This document shows, piece after piece, positions 11,854-30,737 of a stretch of DNA of 64,000 nt. Made by a program: the position numbers and the translations under genes. The notes under the pieces are model-generated. The model saw nothing but the letters and a program-made list of their open reading frames with translations. It had not been told where the DNA came from and did no database searches. Source of the stretch: Auanema rhodensis. Taxonomy: Eukaryota > Animalia > Nematoda. The stretch spans positions 5,518,001 through 5,582,000 of the forward strand of contig OZ059898.1 of NCBI GenBank assembly GCA_964057225.1, written 5' to 3'. The first letter of the stretch is position 1. Every line of letters starts with the position of its first letter.

Positions 11854-12681
11854 TTAGCTCTCGGTGAAGTTATATCTCCAATCATTATACTTTCTATAAT
11901 CCTTTCTGACGTGGAAGTCTTCAGGTAACTCTTTAAGAACCTTAGCGGCTTCCGACTTGTAGTCGCGGATACGGGGTTCTTAAGAAAGTTCGATGAAAAA
12001 AAAAGAAATTAAAAAAATAGCTTACGGGGAGCAGGTTCGGAACTTTCATGAACATGAAGTTTGCTGAAATACCCCATTTTTGGACGCTCAATGTTCAAAT
12101 TTCCTTCAATGCATTTATCCAAAACTTGTTGCTCCTCCCGGCATCTTTAAAAAATAAAGCTTTTATCACACTAAGCAAATATGAACGTACTTGCTTACGT
12201 AGAGCTTAGAGCTTCCTTGATCGATGCAATTAGCAAGCTTACCTGTTTCCTGAACAAAAGTGTAAAAAGTATCAAGATAAAAAGAAAATACATCAGCACA
12301 GCTTCGCTTCAGGGACTGCAAGAATTTAATACCACAAGCAGTAACAGCAGCTCCTTCTTTTAATGTGGAACGAGGATCCTCAAGTTCTTTACGACGAAGC
12401 ATAAATTCCTAAAGATAGAAATTTATAAATGTTTACAAAAAACAATTTACATTTATTTGCGTCTCACAACTCTTAGCCATGTAAGGTGCAACAGCTTTCA
12501 ACCATGGTGTAGAGAGAGTAATTTCCTGAAGTGAAAAGATAAATATATATGACTAAATGTGTAAGTTTAAAACTATATTTTGGACATTGTTTTAACTAGG
12601 TTATATTTTATGTTTAATCATTACCTGAGGAACGGATAGCTCCTCTTCAGATGGGAGTTTAATATCCTTTGTCAGCGCCAT
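11854..12681 (-). CDS. NDUFA8: NADH dehydrogenase 1 alpha subcomplex subunit 8 (twin CX9C)
   Basis: MALTKDIKLPSEEEL..EITLSTPWLKAVAPYMAKSCE..FMLRRKELEDPRSTLKEGAAVTACG..CREEQQVLDKC..RPKMGYFSKLHVH. Confidence 0.9.
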
Positions 12682-13050
12682 TCTGGCGACCGGGTTTTTA
12701 CCCTGGAAGAATCTAATAGAAAATTATAATAACCTGTGTTACTTTATTTCATTATAAAGCGATTTCAGATTTTTCTTAAATGAATATACACTTTGAAATA
12801 AACATTTACACATACTAACAAATAAATTATTTCATACAGCTTAAGACGTTAAAGGACCCAACAAAAGAAGTCGTGGAAAATTAGTCGCGCCAGAACCATT
12901 TTATTTAAAACCTTTAGACAAAAAGTTCGATCCGCTAGTCTGAACTTTCATCGAGTTGAATATTTTAAATAAACATTTTTATAAATCTAAATAATATTGT
13001 TTTCTAGTTGAAATTATATATATTATATGTTATTACTGCATTTAGGGGAT

Positions 13051-18552
<5,502 letters not shown>

Positions 18553-19168
18553 GGCCGCTTTATAATATCGTTTCCTACTTCACTTACAATGTGATCATTC
18601 TAATTTATTGATCTTGTAGATATTATATGGTTGTGTAGGTTTTAACCATTCCTCATGTCATAATAATGATTGTTTTTTATATTCTAGAGCAATCTTATAG
18701 TATTTATATAGTATCCTAACAGATATAATTTATTATGTTTGTATATTATGTGTAAATCTAGTCTATTTTTTCAACACATTCCAGCCTGAAACGGTGTTGT
18801 AAAAATGTTATAGCTGAATTAAGTTTATTTTCTCAAACTCATCTTTTAATAAAACTTCTATCGATTTTACTAAAATCACATATTAAAATCATTGATCAGA
18901 ACAAGTAGTATTTGCATTTAAAATTTTGTTTAATGCTTTCCTACGTCATGAGTAAAACCATTTTGTTTTCAACTTTTGTACCGAGTGGTTGCTTCATTCT
19001 GTCTACTGTAGGCAACCGTAATCACTTGTTTTATACCTTCCCAGACAAGTAAATTTCTAATTTAAACTAATTCTTATGAATGTGCGAACTCAAACGTTTA
19101 TAGGTACCATATGCGTCACCTGATCTCAGATCAAATACAATGAAAACTAGTTCATTCACATATTAAAC

Positions 19169-19172
<4 letters not shown>

Positions 19173-19239
<67 letters not shown>
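19173..19239. repeat. (TA)n microsatellite
   Basis: About 30 consecutive AT dinucleotides read directly. Confidence 0.97.
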
Positions 19240-19435
19240 GTGTATATTGATATAAAACATATTGAAATTTTTTTAGTTTTTTTTCAATTTATTATGTTAT
19301 TCGTGAAAACAATTTAATTGTGAAATTTTTTCAATATGATTTTCAGACATTATTCTTTTTATAATTTTATTTGTTTAATATTCTCCGCCTCTCCGTATGT
19401 TTTATTCTTATTGTATTATTTCGATAGTCGAGTTC

Positions 19436-21047
19436 ATGATGATTGGATGGCTTTTCCTTCTTGCTAGCACCGCTTATGCTCAAAATATATCGCTTCCGAA
19501 TGCCGATATTTTAAGTCAGGTATACTTAGTTTTAAATATTATAATGTTTTTTAATGTTCTCATAATTAAAAACATAAACTCTAATAGAATCCTTTCTGTT
19601 ATTTGATACATACTCATGTAACTCCTGATCTTATCTACAAATCACTTTAGTTGTTTGCCTAGAAATGAGTTCGTCAGTAGATTAATCCTCTGACATTTGG
19701 GTAAACAACTGAATTATAAATCTAGTGTGTTTCAAAGTTTGTTCTTTCTATTGTTGAAATCGCTAACTATTCATTTTTCTCAAGGTCTTGTACTTTCTAT
19801 GGTTTTTTCTCAGTACATAAATGTGTTTAAACATATTCGTTTTGGACACTGAGTCATTGAAGAAAATATATAGACAAGAAATATTATAAAGTAATGAAGT
19901 TATTTTCAGTGTCAATGCCTTGTCAATCCATCGGGAAATGGATGTTTACAGTATGATGCAAGATATCAAGCGGCTACAATTGAAGAAGCTATGGCTAGCT
20001 TTCCAGACTTAACGCTAAATGACAACAACAATTTATCCGATAATAAAACACTAGCGGTATTTTTCATTTCTTTTAAAGTTCCAAATGCAATATAACGTTC
20101 AGGAAACGGCTTCATGTTCAACACCAGAATGTTCCAAATGTCATGAAGAACTACAACAAAAACTGAAGAGTGTATTTATACTATAAAACTTTAAACCAAA
20201 ATAAATTAAATTTTCAGATAGGATTGCTGCCAACCACAATTACTGATGTACTAACTTCTCAGACTGATTTAAACACATTTTGCGACAAGTACAGATTCTC
20301 TCGTAAAGACCACGGAACATATAGCAAAGTCCAAGAGAAAAGTTGAAAACAGTTTTTTTATTTTAAATATTATTATATTTGAGTTTCAGAAGACGATTCA
20401 GATTCTAGTGAAGAAGACGAGAGTAAAGAAAAAAAAGAAAAGAAAAGGGAAGAAAAGAAAAGGAAGAATAACGAAGAGAGACATGAAAGAAACGCTCGAA
20501 GATATCGTAGAAAAGCTGAAGCAGTTCCAGAAGCTGCTGCTACTGATCCTGCTTTAATAGGTCAGATAACTTCAGTTTATTTTTGTAGAAGAATATTGTC
20601 AGGCGAACGTTTTACAATCTCATGTTCTGCAAAAGGAGTAACGACAGATGCTACTGGTTTAATAAGCTTATGTTCATCTTGTTGGGTATGGAGAAAATTA
20701 CCAAATAACTACACACCTCAGTTCATAAATGAATTGGTTTGTGACAACTCTGATAATGCCTGTCTTAGTGGTAAGCAATTCATATTTTCTTGTGATCAAT
20801 ACAAAATCAGGTTATGCCTCATGTGGTGTTGGACATAGATCTTTAGAAGTTATCCGGGATGATAACGGCGTGAAAACTACGGTAGTTATGTCTGCAGGTT
20901 CTTATTGTGAATGTAAAGTTGCGGTAAGCTCAGGTATCGCAAGTATCAAATTAATTTATAATTCAGCCGGGTAGTGTTCTTCAATCTCTGGTCAATGGTA
21001 CCGGCTTACCATCACCATTGCCAGCAAGCTCCGGAACTGGTATATAA
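19436..21047 (+). CDS. Secreted cystine-knot-type precursor (signal peptide, Cys-containing prodomain, furin-type site, 8-Cys mature domain)
   Basis: Signal peptide MMIGWLFLLASTAYA; RRYRR at 20497-20511; mature part C..LCSSCWVWRKLPNNYTPQFINELVC..CLSGYASC..GSYCECKV. Eight exons join in frame with GT-AG introns. Confidence 0.8.
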
Positions 21048-21301
21048 GCTTATTTATTCTCCATGTAGTTTACAGAGATTGAAAATGATATTAGTATGTG
21101 ATATGTAATACTTCTAATAATTTTTTTCCATTCTTGCCTCCAAGAAGCTTAATTTTTTTTTTAATTCAACGATTAAATTAATTTTCTAAAGTAGTATGAT
21201 TTTATTATTTTTTAGAAAAAATATAGCAACAAACCGCTAATGCGTGTACATAATAACAACGAAAAAACAATAACAGTAGCAGAAAAAACATTTCTTCTAA
21301 C

Positions 21302-22955
21302 TTATTTAAGAATAACCGTTTCCCCTTCCATATCATCGTCATCATCATCATCTAAACCACTAAGTAGATCATCTACATTTCCTAACGCTTTCTGAAAAAA
21401 ACATAATCAGAGAACGGAATAAGGCCTTGGATGTTACTTGAGTTGCTTCCACATTACTTTGTTTCATTTGTATATTATCGAAACCTTCGGCAATATCTCG
21501 AACCTTAATAAAGTTCAATGAAAACTTGATATCTTAGCACATAAATTACTTGTTTAGCAACAGCTTCCTTGTCATCTTCCTCCATATCAGTTTCACTTTT
21601 AACAATACCACTTAAAGGATTCTCCTAGATTAAACAATTATTCACATTGAATATTATTCACTCACTTGTAGGATTACACTGTTTTGCTGAATATAGCTGG
21701 AAGGTTCTGGAATTTGAATTGAAGGAGCTATTAATTCGTCAGGGTGTGATTCTCTTGACGTTAACAAATCGGGAGTTATTGTTACTTCAAATCCACCAGG
21801 CTTAATATATTTGGCCCTTTTTTGAGAATCATCTTTGATAACATCAGATATCAATTCAGATAAGTTAATAACACGCTGCATGGCCTTTCTAACACAATTC
21901 TCGATCTAAACAAAATATATTAACAGTTTACATTTGAATAGTCCCACTATTTGAGTTGTTAAAATCATATCAGTAGATTGATGAAGAGCACAAACTTCTT
22001 TCCTTTTATTACAAGCCACAACTACGTTGCCGGCTAGGCATTGGCTTTCTTTGTCGGTTGGATCGACCAGAACACTTTGTCTGAAAAAACACGAAGAGGA
22101 AATGAGTACAGAAATATTTTCTAACCCGTTTTCAAGAAAACCAAACGTAACGCAAATGGGCATATGGTAAATATTCAGTGGTACTAATGGTTTTTCCCAT
22201 TGAGAATGCTAAAGAACAAAGAAATAAACTATGACAATGAAATTAGGTACTAACGATGATTGTATGATGAGGCTCGATAGTAACTTGAGGCCTTCGAAAA
22301 TGATGTAAAGCAGCCACAGCTGCAACCGATGCACAATCAAGAAGAGAACCGTCGTCATCCAGTACTTTTACGTCAATTCGTAAGCACCAAACTTCTTTCT
22401 CAGCTCGCACACATAATGACTATAAATTCGATATAAATATTTTAAAAAATCAATTAAATTGACCTCAACATCTATACAACGAGAATCTCGTAAAACTAAC
22501 TCTAGAAGTCTAGTGAGTTCCATACCACGATCACCTAATCTGTTGTGCTCATGTGCTAAAAAACAAAAAAAAAGACATGAAACATTTCAACTATAAAATA
22601 GAATACCAGGGTTTCCCATCGGACTCATATCCACATCAATATAAATTAAGCCTTTTTGTGGTCTAGTTTTGTTAGGCTCTTTCAAAGTAGCACTAACACC
22701 ACAAAATACTCTAAATTACAATGATAAATGTAATATTGTATATAAACTACCTAGTTGAACCCATTGAGCATAACGCTGAACCACAATCAGATCCTACAAT
22801 CAATTTTACAGGCCTATACTCTTGTAATTTTCTTCCATCGAGTCTCTTTAAAATGGTTTGCAATTGAAAGCACTACGATTTTAACTAACCGAGCCATCTT
22901 TCAAACAGTCTGTTATAAAAATTTTTTCACAATTTGACAATGGATCTGTTCGCAT
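21302..22955 (-). CDS. exos-9: Exosome component RRP45/EXOSC9
   Basis: MRTDPLSNCEK..RLDGRKLQEYR..KVWCLRIDVKVLDDDGSLLDCASVAAVAALHHFRRP..PLNIYHMPICVTFGF..LVDPTDKE. Confidence 0.93.
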
Positions 22956-23200
22956 CTGAATTGAAGAGTAGGAATACTGATATCATTAACGTTAATATTA
23001 AAAGTAAATTTCTAGACTATAAACCTTTACAAAATAAAATCTTATTGAAGTCAACCATTCATTGATAACAACAAAAAAGCGAAAAGAAAAAAAGAAAACA
23101 TAAAATGAGATTGGCTAAAAAAATAAAGCAGAAAGCTTACACGAAGAAGAATCAGACAATAACATCCCATAGAATATTGCTTCAACTTCCAAGTGCAAAA

Positions 23201-23785
23201 TTACTTGGCAGGCATGCTAGCTAGTTGTGTAGTAATTTTTTGTTGCAAGTTTTCATAAAGAATAGCACGGGACCGCTTCTTATCCACAAGGTGCTTGTCA
23301 ATAGTATCCAACTAAAGTAGATTAACTAATTATAACTTAACTCGAACCCATACCTGTGTTTGAATGAAAGCTTTCTTCCGTTCGAAAAACGATATTGCCT
23401 TCTCACGACTCATTTCAGCGTAATAACCAGTCCCAATTTCAACAAGCATTTTGCTAGGATCAGAGAGCTCAGCACGAATGTACATCTTTAAAAATATATA
23501 ATCAGAACAAAATATACACTTACCGATTCAGAAAGTGGAATCAATGATTTTGCTCCCGCTTCTGTTCCTGCCAAATTATTCAAAGCAACCAAACTTTTTT
23601 CATTCTTATCTATGAAACTCTAAAAAGAAATTTGAAAAGAAGAACACTTAAATTAATACTTTAAGTTGTGTAGCAGATTCGAGGAAAAAAGCGTATTCTT
23701 GCTCAACTTGCTTCTGAAGTTGGCTTAATTGTTCGACTCCTAATTCACTAATAGGAATAGTTTGCATTTTTCCATCACCACTCAT
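23201..23785 (-). CDS. pfd-5: Prefoldin subunit 5
   Basis: ELGVEQLSQLQKQVEQE..SLIPLSESMYIRAELSDPSKMLVEIGTGYYAEMS. Confidence 0.93.
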
Positions 23786-24030
23786 GTTTTAAAACAACTG
23801 CAAAAATATATTTTCAGAATGAAATATTTATTGAAAACGAAATAAAAATAAAAGAAATATTCAACTGGAATCCATAACTATTGGCTAATGTTTTATATGC
23901 CTTACGATAATCATTTCCAATTGTACGTAACAATGAAGAATTTGCTATTTTTAATTGAACGTCACTACATTGTTACATTTAATTCAAATTCAAAGCGATT
24001 ATATAGAATTCTATAACGGAAGGGTGTACT

Positions 24031-25526
24031 TTACTTCTTATTATTTATAACAGAATTTATTGCTTTAATAAGAGGGAAAGATCCATTACCACATGAACCA
24101 TAATAATCATCAGATCCTGAAAATGTGTTATGTTTCTAAAGCAAAGCAGTTTAAGAACCTAAGTCATATATCATAATTCCAGCAATGTTTAACTGATTAG
24201 CGTATTGAGCTTTTTCTCGCATGCTTCTCTCGTCTTCTGTGCTTATCCATATTTTATCATTTCCTGTATTTATATTAAAGTTTTTAATACAACTTGACTT
24301 GACATACCGTAAACGTACGGTGATGATGCTTTTTTGTTCCAAATATACCTATAGTTTCCTTCATCTTTCAAAATTTCACATATCTCAATCGGAATGAATT
24401 TTCGGATTATACAAAAAAAAATGATACCACTGCCTTCTTGCTGTAACCTTCTACCGTTCCTTCGGCCAGTGCGTATGGCTTGTGCATATACTTATTAACT
24501 AATAGATATGCTCTGCTATACGTAGGAATTCCAAATACTGTTTTATTTGACCACAGTCCTAACTTTTTCCATGTTGCCATTGACGATTCCTTTAAAACAG
24601 TTTCATATTTAGTTTATTAATGGGACGATACACTAACTGAATTCATTTCTCCTATAACACCAGCTTCACCTCTCAGTTTTCTGAGAGGAGCATTGAAACC
24701 TACCACAGGGTATAAGTATGAGAATATATGAAAATCATAGTTCATGACCTGCACAAAATCCAAATACCTGAAAAAAATTATTTAACTACTAACAATGTGG
24801 CGTTTAACCTGTTTAGTTTTGAAATATCATAAGCAATTTTCGAAATAGTAGGTGGTCCTGACACTGCAGCAGTTATTAGATATTGTCCATTTAATCTCTC
24901 GTAGAGCTTCTGTTATGAATATGGTAATATCTCTGATTGTATCATTTTATCAACCTCTAAAAGATTACCGAAGAGGTATTTATCGGATTTCTGAGCGTCT
25001 GAGCTCCAAGCAGGAAATTCCCAATCCAAATCGAGCCCGTCAAAACCATATGTTTCTAAGTACCATTTAGATTTATTTACAAAACGATCAATCAAAATAG
25101 TATTTGAAACCTTAATAGTTGATATCGATAGTTTATTTTTATCTTAGAAAGAGCTAACCAGTTTGCTGAATGATGGATTTGATCCTGTTACACATATCAA
25201 AAGTTTTGTGTTAGGAGCGTATTTCTGAATTATATATTTTTTAGCTAAAACTACTTTACTTACTTTCACATTTTTGAAAGTATCTGTAGCAATAGATGAT
25301 GGAGTTTCCAGAAGGCCTAAAACATCAACTTTCGCTTGTCCAATGAGAATTATATGAGTGCATAAACTATCCTCAATCAAAGAGACCGGAGGATCATTTA
25401 ACCTAAACTTTTGAGCTAACTCTAGTAACTCTTATCAACATGTACTTACGTGTAGTAACAGGACCTTACTTGGCAGTAAGTAGTTTGAACAAAGTATATA
25501 CATATTATAACCTTGAGTATAAGCAT
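24031..25526 (-). CDS. Secreted GH18 chitinase
   Basis: Signal peptide followed by CYYT; LCTHIIL; intact catalytic motif FDGLDLDWEFP (DxDxE); VMNYDFH; GIPTYSR; GIMIYDLGSDD. Confidence 0.9.
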
Positions 25527-25882
25527 CGAGATTTTCAGCTAAACATATAATCAATCAAAATCAAAATAAAACATTTATTATTATATCGATAATTATTATG
25601 GCATTATTATGAAAAGCCACGCTCTTGGAGGTAGATGCCATTACAAAGACAAAAATGACACAACCTTGTCTATGTTACACAGCGTATATCACAAAGAGAA
25701 ACTAATAAAATACTCGTGAGGAATTGAAGCTTCTTCTAGATTGCACAACAATTTAAGACAGCTATAGAAGTGAAAAATATGAACAAGACGGGAGATAAAA
25801 TAGAGTATCTCCGAGTATATCTTATCTGTTCGATAGGAGGGGAATGTTAAAAACAAGTCATAAGGTCAAAGTAGTATAGGAA

Positions 25883-28800
25883 TTAGTTTTTTCTCTCATA
25901 AAATAGTAGGTAAGCAGCAGCCTTATCAACATCAACTTCGGCGACTTCCTAAAAGTATTGTATTTCCTTCTATATATAATCAATTGAACATACCCTTACG
26001 GAACAATCATTAAGTAATAGCCATTTTTCATCTTTTCCACGAGCATAACTCACAAAATGTCCAGATGATAACTGACCATAATGATTCTGAAAAAAATGTT
26101 TAAAACTGTTTAGTCAACGAGTCCTACGGCTATAGCTATACAATCGTATAAGCCACCATCAGTCTGGTCAACGTAAGGTGAAGGATCGAAGTTGCTTAAT
26201 GGAAAATCGATAGTTCTCTTGCATTTACCCATTCGATTTTCATTTCGTAGATATTCAAAGCGTTTGAGGTGAACAATCTTAAAATAACATTTAAGTAAAC
26301 ATGCTTTCAATAAAACTTACTAAGTATTTGGGCAATCTCCATATAGACATAACTTTGTCTCTGTGGGTTTTTCTATGGCATGTTTCACAGTGTAGTAATT
26401 CTTCCAATGTCTCGGGGCAGCTAAATCTAAAGTTCTTTAAAAGAACTAACTCTTGAAAAACCTGAATTTTTGTAAACATTCTCCGAGGGAAGATGGTGCT
26501 ACGTGCCTTGTCCAAGTTTCATCTACAGAAGGATCATCAATACAAGCCTGTACAAATAAAAACAATACAATAAACTATTTAGCAATCCTACCAGTTCTTG
26601 TGAATGATTATATTTCAAATAAAGAGCGATCGGCAACCAATCCACAGATATTGTGCATTTTGGAGGAACATGCACCTGACAAAACGATGAATTCCAAAAT
26701 TTAATAATAAAAGCACCTTCTTGTCATCGGCAGGTATTGTACATCCTCTACAAAAGTTTAAAGCAGGACATTGTTCACACCATTCCCATCTAGCATCAGT
26801 AATGGATAATGTGAAGGGATAACCGGAAGAAGCATCTTCACATCTGAAAAAAATATTGAAAAAATTAAAATGAGGCTTTCCCACGGATCCATAGCCCTGC
26901 TTGCGAAAGCAGATGAAGAAAAATCCATAAACCGGCGAATCTATAAAATGAAAACAGTCACTGACTATTAACCTATAATATTTTACTTGTTGCATAACAT
27001 CTTTGTATAGGTCACTCCCACTGGATTCCTCAGAGCATGTTATAATTAAAGGTAGTCCAAAACGTGAAACAACACAACCGCCAGTGGATCCAAGTAAATA
27101 TGGTTCATGGTTATATTGCTGTACGTTATTACTATTTAACAAAACATTGTATTATATGAACTTACAAGCTTACGATGAGTTCCAATACGCCAGCTCACAC
27201 ATTCTTCAGGTACTTCAAGTGCATAGAAACGAGCATTTTTTGGAAACTCGCGCAGTAAGAGAGAATTTTGCATTCCGCTCTCATTTGACTGTAGAACAAA
27301 TATAATTTCGAGAAGTATTAGCACCTTGTACCAGTAATGTTCCCCTACTGCCACCACATTGGAGAGTCAATGAATTAGCATTCAGACCTGAGGAGTCAGA
27401 AACGAGAGCTTTGAATTGCCCCACAGTGGTTTCACGCGGTAAACGGAACCCAAAACGTTTAGGTATACTTCCATCTCTGGGTGCCACTGTGATATATTCA
27501 ATAAAAAAACATAAAACTCAGAGAACATACCAATTATCTCATAAAGTTCAACATTGTCAAACCCGATTGGAAGACTAATTGAATTGTAAGGCTCAAAAAC
27601 CGTAGAAGATTTTTGACACGATCGGCATATAAGACGGGACCGTAGTTGCCCTATGCTAATGGAATTGAAAAATAAATGTTCAATCGAAAATACCGGCTAA
27701 TATACGGGAAACTAGAGAATTTTCTCGCACTAAATATTTATCCCAAGAATGCTGGGCTTTCTCATTATCAGGAGCATCCTCTTTTATTTCAATATTAGTA
27801 TTATTTTCATCGTGTTTTTCCTGTAAATTACGTATCAAAACATGAAAATACAAAACTATTCACCAATAATTGCATACATATATGCAATTGGTCCAAAAGA
27901 AATGATACGAACTCTTGACAATCATGTTGCTCAAAAGAATCAAACATATCCGAAGCAGAACGAACCGAATCCTGTGACAAAACCTTTAAAAATAAGAAAA
28001 GATAGTAAATACATACATTGAAACTATTAGGGACGATGTTTTTCTTTTTACCAGCCCATAATTCTTTAATAAGTTTAGCATATTCTAATGTTACCCCAAT
28101 GGCTTTACGGGTAGAAGAAGGAGTAGAAGAAAACAAATCTATATTTGAACTGAAACCATTCATTAGCTATACCGAAATCAGCAAAAACATACTTCGATAA
28201 CTTATCAATATTCGAACCATCTAATAAAAATTCTGTTAGAGGTGCTACTCGAGCCAGGCACTGAACCGCAGCATTTCGATAGCAAAAATTTCCTGAATTT
28301 ACCAGACCCACTGCTCCAGGTCGCGCTGAAAAAAAGTATATTGATTATTATTTAACCCTTAACACCTGAATATATGTTGCTAGTGATTGAAGTTATTTGA
28401 GTTCCTGTTAGAGATGCACGAAGTTCTTCTGGCCAAACACCTGTACCTTGGTCACGAACTTCGAGTAAAAACTTAATACTGATTATTTTTAAAAAGTAAA
28501 TACGATATAAATACTTTGTTCACTTTTTTATTACGGAGACCTAATTGATAAAGTGTTCTTTGCCCATCATCAAGCATAGTATTAGCTTCTTCATTTGTAT
28601 CCTGTGTACGAATAACCAACCATAACCTTGCTTCACCCTCTTTAAGACGTAATTCAGTTGTGCACATATTTAATAATTCGTCAACCGTCATTGATCGTGA
28701 GACCTGTGAAACATGTTAAAAATATTTTTGATAAAACTCGTAGTAATTAATCACTTGAGCACATGCCCAGGGGGAGACGGGTTGCATTCCTTCTGCATCT

Positions 28801-30559
28801 CTATTTTTCTTTCTATCGTGACCCATCAATAAAATATCTAACGGGTACAGTTCTAAGCCTTCTTCGCCATCATCAAAAAATTCTCCACCAAGGCGTTTTC
28901 TAGTAAACTGGCCATCGACCTGAATAGAATAAAAATTGTAGAACAATTTAATAATAAAAAACCGATAACGCGCAGCCATGCCATCGAAGCCAAGCTCTCC
29001 ATAATGAGGGAGGGACAGCAACATATTCGGATCTTTGTAGGTCACTACGAAGACTAGCCGATTCAGGAGAGATGCAGGCAACTTTCCCACTCCATCCTTC
29101 ATCCTCCTTTGAGCCTTTTATGAAAGAATTATCAACACGAGGTGGTTTTTTATTCTATAGTATTCAGTATTTTAGTGATTAGTCTAGTGATTTAAAACAA
29201 CCTTCTCAGTTGAAAATTTCCACTTTTGATGCCATGAAGAGGAAACTATATTCCACACAGATAAGCGCAAATGCTTTATTCTTTCTTCAAATTTACAAAC
29301 TACATCATGTTCTACTTCATATGATTCTGGTCTCAGCCCAAGACATATATGACCAATCTGAAAAATGTTTGAGATCAAATTTCAAATTTTTTTCCTAAAA
29401 ATATTACTTCAACAGCCATATCAGAGTATTCTCGAGAATAACTTCCATTTACCATAGCCCACGTTGCAAAATCTACTAATGCTGCTGCATTTCCAGCGCT
29501 CTTTATAAGATTTTGATGCTCAGGAACCTATAATAATCATGAAAAAGAACATTCCCACAGTGAAACTACTTACAACACCTAAAGAAGAATACATGGTATT
29601 AAGTTCTTCATCATTCAATTGATTATCACCATCTTCATCCCATATTTTTGCCAAAACTGAAAAGACAATATACTTTTGAAAGACATAAAGACATACATGA
29701 CAATCGACTGGGAAACGGTCCTCTACACATAGCAGAAAGTCCACATACAAGCTCTCGAAAATCGATATGTCCATCGTTATTTTCATCAAAAACACAGAAA
29801 AGTCTTGAATAATTGAATTTTATCACCAACGAAGATAAAAAAAACCTCCTGGAAAAATAATCTGGAAAGCAACCATTCAGGCATTCATCCCAACGCTCTC
29901 TAGACATTTTACATACTGTCCTATCACTAATAGTAGCGAAGACTTTTTCTAATTCCATTACCTCTTCTACGGATACTAAAATATAAAGGTTCAATTTGAG
30001 AACAAAATACTATAGCTCACAATGTGTTACATAACTCATAACCTCATAAAAGGATATGTATGAATCATCCATCCTAGGAGAGAGTAATGGAGGTCTTAAA
30101 CCCCAGGAAGAAAACTGCCGGTGCTCTTCGATAAAGTCTTGAAATAAATATAAAACTAAAATATCAAACAATATGTCATACTTGATTGAACTTCCTCTAC
30201 TCGGCATAATCCCACTAATGCACATAACAAATTTTCAAAAGTAAGTGTTTCAGCACCTCTAGTAAAAAAATAAAACAACGCTCTTTGTTCCTCTGAAGGG
30301 ATTGAGGCATTCCCAAGGAGATGGTAGCAGAAATCCTGAAGAAACTAGAAATAGGCTTCGTATTAAAAGAATCTTACATCAAATGTTAATGAAGGTTTCT
30401 TGAACCTAGTAAATGCTGTTTGTATTCGATTATATTCCTCTTCAGAAACTAAATCAAACAATTGATGTCAATTTCAATTAACGAAAACCAACTATGAGCT
30501 CTTGCAGTTTCAATTGTAATAAGATGATCAGAAGCATCACTAGTAAGAGTGTTTCCCAT
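25883..30559 (-). CDS. cyk-3: USP32-like deubiquitinase (EF-hands, DUSP, UCH)
   Basis: MGNTL N-terminus; EF-hand FDENNDGHIDFRE; Cys box GLVNSGNFCYRNAAVQCL; QHDCQEF; His box NHYGQLSSGHFVSYA; C-terminal AYLLFYERKN. Confidence 0.9.
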
Positions 30560-30737
30560 CTTAATTGTACGTTTTCATAATTCTAAACTGATATGAGCAA
30601 TCTGTGCAGTAGATTATCCAAAGGTACATACTTGGAACAAAGCCAATATATTATAACAAAAAACGAAAACTTAACATTTATCATGGAAATGATTCATAAC
30701 AACAATGATTAAGAGGAAAACCTGAAGAATGAGTATA

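Noticed and set aside
25781-25831. Stem-loop in the cyk-3 3' UTR (GGAGATA/TATCTCC)
   Set aside because: Short stem with no SECIS, snoRNA or miRNA hallmarks; compatible with chance.
30561-30578. uORF MKTYN* just before the cyk-3 ATG
   Set aside because: An AAG acceptor immediately before the main ATG could exclude it; not decidable from sequence.
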